Shown here in pieces: positions 9,479-17,748 of a stretch of 64,000 bases of DNA. Origin of the DNA: Cyanobacteria bacterium SIG28 (GTDB lineage: Bacteria > Cyanobacteriota > Vampirovibrionia > Gastranaerophilales > Gastranaerophilaceae); the NCBI GenBank assembly GCA_015152525.1, contig SUTU01000006.1, forward strand, positions 39,986 to 103,985, written 5' to 3'. The translations under genes and the position numbers were made by a program. The notes beneath the pieces were generated by a model. That model made no database searches, was not told the DNA's origin, and saw only the letters and a list, made by a program, of their open reading frames with translations. How positions within the stretch are numbered: the stretch's first letter is position 1; each line of letters starts with the position of its first letter.

Positions 9479-10099
9479 TTGAAAAAGCTTAATTTACTAA
9501 CAATTTTAATATTAGTAACAACTGTACTAACAGGTACAGGAAAAGCTTATGCAGATGCAGTGGCGGAACAAACACTTGGTGTGTTTGTTTCGCCTGCTGT
9601 TGATATAACAAAAACTTCATCTAATGAAACAGGAACAATGACTTTCAGCGGCTCTCATGAAGGTTTAAGTGCGTCTTTTGAAATCCTAAATAACAGTGCA
9701 GGTGAGAATTATGAGTTCCTTGTAGGTGCAAAAATAACAACTCTGGGTGGAGAAGTTTCAGGTTATACAAGTACAGGAGCTTTAATGTTTGGTAATACAT
9801 CAATTTTACCAAGTGGTGAAGCTGCTGAGGATGCCAGAGTAGGCGGTTCAAATAATATGAACGTTATAGCTTACCCTGTAACAATGAAAATTGATGACAG
9901 TTCAATGACGGTGAATTTTGAAGAAGGTAGAGCTTTTGACATTGGTACGGGGTGTTATGTAGTTAACGTTAAAAGCTCTCAAAGAGCAACATTGACTCAA
10001 ACAATTGGTACAAATCCGGTTAGCGGTTCGTATTCAAAAGGTGGCGACCAAGCCGGTACATACAAAGCAACGATATATTTTACATCGTTGAGTAACTAA
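9479..10099 (+). CDS. Secreted pilin-like subunit, distant paralogue of the previous gene
   Basis: TTG start, signal peptide ...TGTGKAYA, and C-terminal strand GTYKATIYFTSLSN. Confidence 0.5.
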   Translation: MKKLNLLTILILVTTVLTGTGKAYADAVAEQTLGVFVSPAVDITKTSSNETGTMTFSGSHEGLSASFEILNNSAGENYEFLVGAKITTLGGEVSGYTSTGALMFGNTSILPSGEAAEDARVGGSNNMNVIAYPVTMKIDDSSMTVNFEEGRAFDIGTGCYVVNVKSSQRATLTQTIGTNPVSGSYSKGGDQAGTYKATIYFTSLSN

Positions 10100-10383
10100 A
10101 ACAGCAATAAAAAACACGAATTGCGAGAAGATAAAGAAATTTTGTTAAAGTAGAAGAAAAGTTAAATAGAAAAGAACATAGGATGTTCGAAAACGGTGTA
10201 GGATTAAACTCACACCACCCTCAAAAAAACAGAGGGAAAGAAAAGGAAAATTCCAAGCGACGGATGGCTTGAAGTGGAACATAAAATAAAGACGTTAAAA
10301 CGTTAAAGCGTTAAGACGTTAAGTACATTAAAAGGTTAAAAGACAAAGGTAATAAAACCTTAAGTACTTAAAAATTCGGAAAA

Positions 10384-13300
10384 ATGTTAAATAGAATCAA
10401 GAAAAATTTAATATTGGCTATAGTTAGCGCCTGTTTATTGCAACCGGCGTTCGCTGGCAATGATTCTACAATCTCATATGTTAGCATTAATGATAAAGTT
10501 TACCAAGACGTTGAATTAATGATAACAAATGATGCGAAAATTCTTGTTCCTTTCAAACAATTAGCAGATATCTTTGAAATAACATATACAGCAAATCGTG
10601 TTGATAAAATTATTCAGTTCAAAACCATTGACGGAATTGAGGGTATGGTTAATGAACGTGGTGTATTCGTTGGTGATAAAGCTATACAAAAAAGAGCGCC
10701 AATATTCCTTCGTCAAGGGATTATGGATAATGTTATGAATGAAGCGTTTATTGAAGCTTCTACAGCAGAACAAATTTTTGGGATAAAACTCGAAACAGAT
10801 TATTCTTCAATAACAATTAATGCACAAGTTGACAGACAAATAGATGCTCTAAAATCTGCTCAAAGTTTGTATGAAGATGAAAATAAACCAAAGGCACACC
10901 TAGATGTTGTATCACCGAAAAAAGCAGGTAAAATAACTCTTAACAGAATTGGACTTCATAACAATACAATTAACGATAATTTAACTACAAAATACAGAGC
11001 TTATGAAACATCTGCTGAAACTTTTTATGGTAATACAGCTGTAAAATTTACCGGTGATTTCTATACCGGTAAATATCGTGCAGAAGCTAATATGTTCCAT
11101 TATGAAGACAATGCGTTTATGTTTGGCGGTTTATCTGCAACATATTTGAATAACTTCTCAACCAAAAAATTTGGTAATTATTGGTATGAAATTGGTCGTG
11201 TAAAAGGTAGAACCGATGTCGATGCTTCTATCGGTACAAATATTTTTGGTGCGCAAATCTGGAATTATGATTATGAGAAAAAACCTGCCTCTGAATTAAG
11301 CGGATATGTTAAACCAACAAGTTTAGTTAGAGTTACTGTTAACGATAATGAGCCTGTAACACTAAGCACATACGCAGGTTACTATACTTTATCAAATATG
11401 TATTTCCCAAAAGATATTAAAACAGTAAAAATCGAAGAAATAAACGAAGACGGTACTGTTGAAGTTGTAAAAGAAGAAAAATATTCCCTATACGGTGATA
11501 GACCTTTAGAAAACGAAAACAGAGGTTCTATGTATGCAGGTGTTTGGGGTTATCATAACCGTTTGTTTAGAGAAGGTTCTAATATTTATCGTGGTAATAA
11601 CAAAAAGGTTACTGCAGGTGGTTATTATCAACACGGTATCAAAGATAATGTAACTTTTGAATCTAAACTTACTGCTGATAAAATTTATGAAAAGAATGGT
11701 TCAAGTGTTTATCATGTAATTCCTACTAACGACGCTCTTTTAGTTACAGGTACTCAAAAGAACGTAAACTATTTAGAAGGTATTACAACTTTAAACAGCG
11801 TAGATTATGTAAGTAAAAAAGATACTAATTTAAAATTGCGTGGTACAGCGGGTGCAAGTATTGCACGTGATGTAAGAGATGAAGATACTCACTTGGGTTA
11901 TATTGTTAAAGGTACAGGTGAATATTCAAAGAGTTTAAACAAATTTGCAGGAAAAATATTTAAACCGAAAAATGCAAGAGTTAAATTAGAAGCTTATCAA
12001 ACATCACCTGATTTTTATATAGCAAGTTCTAACTCAACATCTAAAAACGACAGAATAGGCGGACGTGCAAGCGGTAGTTTATCATTTAATTCAACCAGTG
12101 TAAGCGGTGGTTATAATAAATATTATTCAAATATTAACAACCGTTACCAAGGCGGAACTATTAACTTTGATGAATATAACATCGCTGCAACAACAAAAGT
12201 GCCTAAATTTGCAACATTAAGTTATAGTATATTCCACAGACGTGGTTCAAATGATTTAGGCAGAAACAAAAACTACAATTTTGATGCAGGCGGACATCGT
12301 GATTTTGGCGTGTTTGGACGTATTCAAGCAGGTTTCAGAAGAAGTTTCTATGATACAAGATATGAAGAACCTACAACTTTAAATCGTAATTATTCATCAA
12401 TATTTAATGATACATATATTAACTATGATGTACCAGTACCAAAAATTAACGGTAAATTCAGACTATCTCATGATTTTATTGAATACAAAGCCGGTGGATA
12501 TAATAACAATTACAATATGTTCAGATTTGGCTATACATTCCCGGCATGGAAACGCTTAACTCTTGGTATAGGTTGGGGTTTCCGTTACCATGGTCGTGGC
12601 GGTAATGATATTAATGTTAGTTTAGGCTATAGAGCTAAATCCGGTCAAATGATGACTGTTGGATATCAGTATTCAGAAAACGGCGGTTATTTTATCGATA
12701 ATATGTTTATGCCAACAACAAACAGGCACTCAGTTAACTTTATATTCAATGATGCGTATCAATTATTCCAAAACGGTTTGAAATCTATCGGTAATGAAAA
12801 CGACGATAAAGGTATTTTTGACGCTATTGTTTATATTGATACAAACAAAAATGGCAAATACGATAAGAAAATCGATATTCCGGTTAAAGATATTCCGGTT
12901 CATACAGGCTGGTCAACAGGCGTAGAATATACTAATAAATCAGGTAAACTTACTTCTGCATCTTTACCGAGCGGGGTTTATAAAATTGGTTTAGATATGG
13001 ATACTTTGCCGATTACAGTTGCACCTCTTACGAATGATTTAATCTCAAAAACAGTAAAAATTGAAAACGGATTGGTTACAAGATTAGAATTTCCGCTTGT
13101 AAGTACAGTTGGTAGTGTTTCCGGTGTGCTTAAGATTACCGATGATTTTGAAAGAAAATTAAAAATAACAGATTTTATAGTAGTTATTGTTGATGAAGAA
13201 GGAAACGAAGTTAATTATTCAACTGTTACTTCTTCAGGTGAATTCTATATTTCAGGTTTAGCCCCTGGTAAATATACGCTTAAACTAGATGATAGCTATA

Positions 13301-13425
13301 TTAATGCTTATGGACTTGAAAAACTACAAAATGTGAGCGAAAGGACTATATTTATTCCGTATGATTACGAAAACCCAACAGATGTAATGAACCAAAACCT
13401 AGAGTATAAAACATTATCTCTGTAA
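10384..13425 (+). CDS. Large secreted, probable outer-membrane beta-barrel protein in the usher position of the operon; domain mix is atypical
   Basis: Signal peptide ...LLQPAFA. The N-terminal segment resembles a copper-amine-oxidase-N/stalk domain (ILVPFKQLADIF...). A ~600-aa Gly/Tyr/Asn/Arg-rich region shows alternating patterns. The C-terminus carries SdrD-B-like (YIDTNKNGKYDKKID) and CarboxypepD_reg-like (SGEFYISGLAPGKYTLKL) modules. Confidence 0.45.
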   Translation: MLNRIKKNLILAIVSACLLQPAFAGNDSTISYVSINDKVYQDVELMITNDAKILVPFKQLADIFEITYTANRVDKIIQFKTIDGIEGMVNERGVFVGDKAIQKRAPIFLRQGIMDNVMNEAFIEASTAEQIFGIKLETDYSSITINAQVDRQIDALKSAQSLYEDENKPKAHLDVVSPKKAGKITLNRIGLHNNTINDNLTTKYRAYETSAETFYGNTAVKFTGDFYTGKYRAEANMFHYEDNAFMFGGLSATYLNNFSTKKFGNYWYEIGRVKGRTDVDASIGTNIFGAQIWNYDYEKKPASELSGYVKPTSLVRVTVNDNEPVTLSTYAGYYTLSNMYFPKDIKTVKIEEINEDGTVEVVKEEKYSLYGDRPLENENRGSMYAGVWGYHNRLFREGSNIYRGNNKKVTAGGYYQHGIKDNVTFESKLTADKIYEKNGSSVYHVIPTNDALLVTGTQKNVNYLEGITTLNSVDYVSKKDTNLKLRGTAGASIARDVRDEDTHLGYIVKGTGEYSKSLNKFAGKIFKPKNARVKLEAYQTSPDFYIASSNSTSKNDRIGGRASGSLSFNSTSVSGGYNKYYSNINNRYQGGTINFDEYNIAATTKVPKFATLSYSIFHRRGSNDLGRNKNYNFDAGGHRDFGVFGRIQAGFRRSFYDTRYEEPTTLNRNYSSIFNDTYINYDVPVPKINGKFRLSHDFIEYKAGGYNNNYNMFRFGYTFPAWKRLTLGIGWGFRYHGRGGNDINVSLGYRAKSGQMMTVGYQYSENGGYFIDNMFMPTTNRHSVNFIFNDAYQLFQNGLKSIGNENDDKGIFDAIVYIDTNKNGKYDKKIDIPVKDIPVHTGWSTGVEYTNKSGKLTSASLPSGVYKIGLDMDTLPITVAPLTNDLISKTVKIENGLVTRLEFPLVSTVGSVSGVLKITDDFERKLKITDFIVVIVDEEGNEVNYSTVTSSGEFYISGLAPGKYTLKLDDSYINAYGLEKLQNVSERTIFIPYDYENPTDVMNQNLEYKTLSL

Positions 13426-13460
13426 AAAAGATTCTATTTAACAAAATGACACATATGTGT

Positions 13461-13491
13461 AGCCGTGAGTTCGAAATCACGGCTTTTTTTT
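13461..13491 (+). terminator. Rho-independent terminator of the fibre operon
   Basis: AGCCGTGA-GTTCGAAA-TCACGGCT followed by T8. Confidence 0.8.
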
Positions 13492-13733
13492 GGGGGTAAA
13501 TGTATTTTATTTGGTTGGTATGAACTACAGGCTGTGCGTGGTGGTAGGGGTAAATTGGGGTAAATGGGGGTAAATGTAGGGACTGGTTGGTGAGAGTTGC
13601 AGGCTCAGCGTGGTGGTAGGGGTAAATGGGGGTAAATGTAGGGATTGGTTGGTGAGAGTTGCAGGCTCAGCGTGGTGGTAGGGGTAAATGGGGGTAAATG
13701 TAGGGATTGGTTGGTATGAACTACAGGCTGTGC
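13492..13733. repeat. G-rich tandem array of ~62-bp units containing GGGGTAAAT(G) decamers
   Basis: Units start at 13547, 13619 and 13681: GGGGTAAATGGGGGTAAATGTAGGGATTGGTTGGTGAGAGTTGCAGGCTCAGCGTGGTGGTA. Flanking partial units carry a TATGAACTACAGGCTGTGC variant. Confidence 0.9.
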
Positions 13734-13847
13734 GTCATCTTCAGCCGAAGGCTGGAGATCCAGCTGTTTAAAGAATTATTAGCGCTGTATTTTTTTCATA
13801 CTTCTTTAACATTGGCTGGATCCCCAAAGCTTCGCTTTGAGGATGAC
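13734..13847. repeat. REPIN-like inverted pair, same family as 6224-6341
   Basis: GTCATCTTCAGCCGAAGGCTGGAGATCCAGC ... GGCTGGATCCCCAAAGCTTCGCTTTGAGGATGAC. Confidence 0.8.
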
Positions 13848-13990
13848 AGATAAGCTACATTTAGACACAAGATTAGCGTAGGGTGGGAAGTGTGTTAAAC
13901 TGACAAGTTTTTATTCAAATTAACGCACATTCCCACCAAATTAAGCTGGTAGTCAACACCAACCAAACCAAATACATTTACCCCCCTCCC
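13848..13990. repeat. Reverse-complement copy of the 6178-6222 and 6368-6452 repeat segments
   Basis: AGATAAGCTACATTTAGACACAAG...CACATTCCC is roughly 85-90% identical by eye to the reverse complement of GGGAATGTGTGTT...TAGCTTATCT. The end, ...CAACACCAACCAAACCAAATACATTTACCCCC, is the reverse complement of the GGGGTAAATGTATTT..GGTTGGTGTTG module. Confidence 0.85.
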
Positions 13991-13991
13991 C

Positions 13992-16364
13992 CTAGGAGTT
14001 AAAAATATCGCCGTCAAAATTCAATCCTTTGGAATTTTTTAACAAAGGATATTCTTCGATATTATAATTTTTTGCAAAATTAATAGCTTCACTTCTTGCA
14101 AGTTCAAGGATTTTAGAGTCGTTTACCAAATCCGCAATAATCATATCAGGCAAACCGCTTTGGCGAGTTCCCAAAAACTCTCCCGGTCCACGAATTTGTA
14201 AATCTTTTTCTGCTATTACAAACCCGTCATTAGTTTGAGTCATAATCTCTAATCTTGAGCGTGTTTCTTGGGATTTTGTATTAGAAGACAATAAACAATA
14301 TGATTGTAAATCACTTCTTCCAACCCTTCCTCTTAACTGATGTAGTTGAGATAATCCAAACCTTTCCGCATTTTCGATTACAATTACTGTTGCGTTTGGC
14401 ACATCTACACCGACTTCAACAACTGTTGTTGATACTAAAATATCAAATTCTCCATTTTTGAATTTTGACATTACTTCGTCTTTTTCATCATTTTTAAGTT
14501 TTCCGTGCAGTAATCCTATTTTATAGTTTGGAAAAACCTCTGTTTCCCATCTTTCTTTTTCTTTTGTTGCAGCTTTTGCAGAAAGAGTTTCGCTCTCGTC
14601 AATTAAAGGATATACAATGTAAGCTTGGCGTCCTTCTGTAACTTCGTGTCTTATTAAATCCGCAATCTGTTTTCTGGAAGTTGTCATGGATGTAATAATA
14701 GGTTTTCTGCCTTGAGGCAGTTCGTCAATAATTGTCAAATCCAAATCGCCGTTAAGCGTTATTGCAAGGGTTCTTGGAATTGGTGTAGCTGTCATGGTCA
14801 AAATCTGAGGGTTTTGAGATTTTTTTCTTAAAGCAAGCCTTTGTTTAACACCAAACCTGTGCTGTTCATCGATTACAACAGCACCAAGGTTCGCAAATTC
14901 GATGTTTTCTTGGATTAATGCGTGTGTTCCGATTGCGATATCAACTTGACCGTTTCTTAAATTTGTTTCGCTTAAACGTCTTTGTTTTTTTCCGATACTT
15001 CCAAGGAATAACTCAATTCTAACTCCAAACGGCGCAAGCCATTTAATCATGTTGTTGTAATGCTGTTGTGCCAAGATTTCAGTTGGTGCCATAATTGCAG
15101 CTTGATAACCATTTTCGATTGCTGCAAGTAACATAATAGTTGCCACTACAGTTTTTCCGCTACCAACATCACCTTGAAGCAGTCTTTGCATTGGTTTTGT
15201 TGAGTTCAAATCGTTTAAGATTTCGTTTACTGCTCTTTGCTGTGCGCCGGTGAGTTTGAATGGCAAAGAGTTTATAAAATTCATAACCAAACCACTTTTT
15301 TTGATTTCAAGCGGTATTGATTGAAGGTTTTTGTTATTTTCTTCTCTTAAAATTGCTAATTTAAGTTGAATTAAGAAAAATTCTTCGAAAACCAGCGAAA
15401 ATCTAGCTATATCAAGTTTTTCTTTACTATCAGGGAAATGGATTTGTTTTAAAGCTTCGCTTTTTTCCATTAAGTTATATTTTTTTATTAAAAACTCAGG
15501 TAAAACGGTTTCAATTTCTGAGTTATAAAGTTCAATAACATTAAAAATAGCTTTCCTTAAAGTTTTAAGATTTAAGTTTTCGCTGATTGTATAGATTGGC
15601 ACAATTCTCGCCATATTTAGATTTGTAGGAGAAACCGCATCTTCATCCATTAATGAGTATGTTGGTTTGTCCAAACTCATAATGCCGTCATAAGAATTGA
15701 ATTTAGCAGTTCCGGAAACCATTATTCCTGAGTTTTTGGGAAACTGTGCTTTCATTCTTTCCAATACATATTTAGAAGATTTTGATGCAAAGAAGTTAAG
15801 ATTAATCCTTCCTGTGCCATCTGAAATTTTGACCTTTATAATTCCTAAATTATTCTTTGTTGTGAATGCTTCAACAGATTTTATTGTGCCAAAAATTGTT
15901 GTGTTCTTGCCTTCTTTAAGATCTCGAATACGAGTTCTTGTAGAATAATCAACGTGTTTGCGTGGAAAATAGTATAATAAATCGTTTGCAGTATAAATTC
16001 CCAGTTTATTTAATAAATACGCAACTTTTGGTCCGACACCTTTAATATACATAACATCAGCTTGGGAAAGTGGCTTTTTCTCTTGCTTTTCGGTATTTTC
16101 TTCAACCGGTGTAAGATACTGTGCTTTTATAACGGAAGCTAATCTTTCTATGGCTTTTTTGCGCACAAGCATGGTTTCCATAGGATACCGTTCAAAATGC
16201 TCTAAAAGTACCTTCCATTTTGGGTTATCAGGATGTAGCTTAATTTCTTTATGTAAAACAGAACAAATAAATGATGAGAAGTTTTTGCTTCTACCGTTTA
16301 TGTTGATATATTTGTGTTTAACCTCTATTTCAACAGCTTTTTTTACTTGCTCTAAATTATCCAT
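13992..16364 (-). CDS. recG: ATP-dependent DNA helicase RecG
   Basis: 790 aa with the FKLTGAQQRA motif, Walker A GDVGSGKTVVA, DEQHRFGV, TATPIPRTL and QLHQLRGRVGR. Confidence 0.9.
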   Translation of the reverse strand: MDNLEQVKKAVEIEVKHKYININGRSKNFSSFICSVLHKEIKLHPDNPKWKVLLEHFERYPMETMLVRKKAIERLASVIKAQYLTPVEENTEKQEKKPLSQADVMYIKGVGPKVAYLLNKLGIYTANDLLYYFPRKHVDYSTRTRIRDLKEGKNTTIFGTIKSVEAFTTKNNLGIIKVKISDGTGRINLNFFASKSSKYVLERMKAQFPKNSGIMVSGTAKFNSYDGIMSLDKPTYSLMDEDAVSPTNLNMARIVPIYTISENLNLKTLRKAIFNVIELYNSEIETVLPEFLIKKYNLMEKSEALKQIHFPDSKEKLDIARFSLVFEEFFLIQLKLAILREENNKNLQSIPLEIKKSGLVMNFINSLPFKLTGAQQRAVNEILNDLNSTKPMQRLLQGDVGSGKTVVATIMLLAAIENGYQAAIMAPTEILAQQHYNNMIKWLAPFGVRIELFLGSIGKKQRRLSETNLRNGQVDIAIGTHALIQENIEFANLGAVVIDEQHRFGVKQRLALRKKSQNPQILTMTATPIPRTLAITLNGDLDLTIIDELPQGRKPIITSMTTSRKQIADLIRHEVTEGRQAYIVYPLIDESETLSAKAATKEKERWETEVFPNYKIGLLHGKLKNDEKDEVMSKFKNGEFDILVSTTVVEVGVDVPNATVIVIENAERFGLSQLHQLRGRVGRSDLQSYCLLSSNTKSQETRSRLEIMTQTNDGFVIAEKDLQIRGPGEFLGTRQSGLPDMIIADLVNDSKILELARSEAINFAKNYNIEEYPLLKNSKGLNFDGDIFNS

Positions 16365-16398
16365 GCAAATATTATACTATATTTATACAAGTTGTTAA

Positions 16399-17187
16399 TT
16401 AGTTTTCTAAAAACAGGTTCATAAATTCGATATCATCGTAATCGATATAAGCTGTTTGCATAAGGTTTCTGCCTGTTTTTATAGTAACTTCATTAACTTG
16501 GTTTTTGCGGATTAAAACAGGCGGAATACGGACTCTTTGACCGTCGCCGTTAATTTGTACTTCTGCAATGCGGTTACCGTTAAAATAAATTTCCGGTGGT
16601 GATGAAAAAGCATTTGATATGCTGTTTTGACCGATATATCTTGCAACTTCGCTGTCTATACCGATGATTGAGCCTATAACAAGGTAAATAGGTTTGTTAA
16701 GTTTTAGGTTTTTTAGAGTAAACCTTTTAGTGTAAAAAGGACCGACACTGTCAAGCCTAAATTCGCCTGCATTGGCTGATAATTCGGAATACCTGTTATC
16801 ACCTAAATGATACATATTTGAATCTAAAACCATTTCGTGTGCATTTGTTTTTTCGATACCGACAACAATTGGGGCGGATAGTGTTTGATCAGAAATCGTA
16901 ACGGAATAGGGTTTGTAGTTTTCTTTTTGAACTGACATTATAGTAGGTCCGTTAATTTGAGTATTAAGTTCAAAGTATCCTTGGGAGTCTGTTTGAGTTG
17001 CGTATTGTTGTTTTGGAAGTGTAACTTTTGCACCGCTAACACCGTTACCGGTTCTTTTATCGATTATTCGACTTGAGTTTCCACGACCTTCAGCGCTCAC
17101 ACCTCCTTCAAAAGTTGCGGTTGCAAAGGTTGGGTTTAGTGTAAAAATTGTTATTAAAAATAGGAATAAATATTTTTTCATAAACAC
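16399..17187 (-). CDS. Secreted protein with a CarboxypepD_reg-like N-terminal domain
   Basis: Signal peptide ...LNPTFA, then IIDKRTGNGVSGAKVTLP...TDSQGYFEL...KENYKPYSVTI, a typical carboxypeptidase-regulatory-like fold signature. Confidence 0.5.
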   Translation of the reverse strand: MFMKKYLFLFLITIFTLNPTFATATFEGGVSAEGRGNSSRIIDKRTGNGVSGAKVTLPKQQYATQTDSQGYFELNTQINGPTIMSVQKENYKPYSVTISDQTLSAPIVVGIEKTNAHEMVLDSNMYHLGDNRYSELSANAGEFRLDSVGPFYTKRFTLKNLKLNKPIYLVIGSIIGIDSEVARYIGQNSISNAFSSPPEIYFNGNRIAEVQINGDGQRVRIPPVLIRKNQVNEVTIKTGRNLMQTAYIDYDDIEFMNLFLEN

Positions 17188-17318
17188 ATTATTTCTCTGA
17201 TTTTAGGATATAAGAATTGCTCATATAATATTTTTAAGGTTATTTTGTAAAAAGTAAAAATAATAATTGAAATTTAATTATTTTTCTGATATAAGTAGTT
17301 GTATTGATAATTTAATAT

Positions 17319-17402
17319 GCCGATGTGATGGAATTGGTAGACGTGCCAGACTCAAAATCTGGTGTAGGCAACTACGTGCCGGTTCGACCCCGGCCATCGG
17401 CA
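17319..17402 (+). tRNA. tRNA-Leu (anticodon CAA), long variable arm, no encoded CCA
   Basis: Manual fold: acceptor GCCGATG/CATCGGC, D-loop GAATTGGTAGAC, anticodon stem CCAGA/TCTGG with loop CTCAAAA, variable arm GTAG-GCAA-CTAC, and T-arm GCCGG-TTCGACC-CCGGC. Confidence 0.9.
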
Positions 17403-17736
17403 AATAAAACAGACACCTTTTGGGTGTCTGTTTTATTTTGAAAATAAGGAATTTATTTTTAATTTGGGGGCGAACCGGCACGGCCGGTTCGAGCGCGAGT
17501 GAGCTGAGGCTGTAGTGTTTTGCAAGAGGGTTTTGCCCTTGTAGCAAAACACGGAATTGCCGTTAAACGCGAACGAGCAAGACACCCCGGCCATCGGCAA
17601 ATAAAACAGACACCTTTTGGGTGTCTGTTTTATTGTGAAAATAAGGAATTTATTTTTTTAATTTGGGGGCGAACCGGCAGTGCCGGTTCGAGCGCGAGTG
17701 AGCTGAGGCTGTAGTGTTTTGCAAGAGGGTTTTGCC
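17387..17736. repeat. 1.8 copies of a 197-bp tandem duplication that begins inside the tRNA-Leu 3' end
   Basis: ACCCCGGCCATCGGCAAATAAAACAGACACC...GTGTTTTGCAAGAGGGTTTTGCC occurs at 17387-17537 and again at 17584-17736, with a few differences. Confidence 0.9.
17405..17439 (+). terminator. Rho-independent terminator after tRNA-Leu
   Basis: AAAACAGACACC-TTTT-GGGTGTCTGTTTT followed by a T-rich tract. Confidence 0.8.
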
Positions 17737-17748
17737 ATATAATTATTA

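Noticed and set aside
13492-13733. Interpreting the tandem arrays (13492-13733 and 6224-6724) as CRISPR
   Set aside because: The units abut each other with no unique spacers of uniform length. The repeat lengths (62 and 229 bp) are wrong for CRISPR, and no cas genes are present.
17278-17714. Track ORFs 17278-17547 (-) and 17520-17714 (+)
   Set aside because: They overlap tRNA-Leu, its terminator and the 197-bp duplicated non-coding module. The read-through translations have no ribosome-binding site and no protein-like features.
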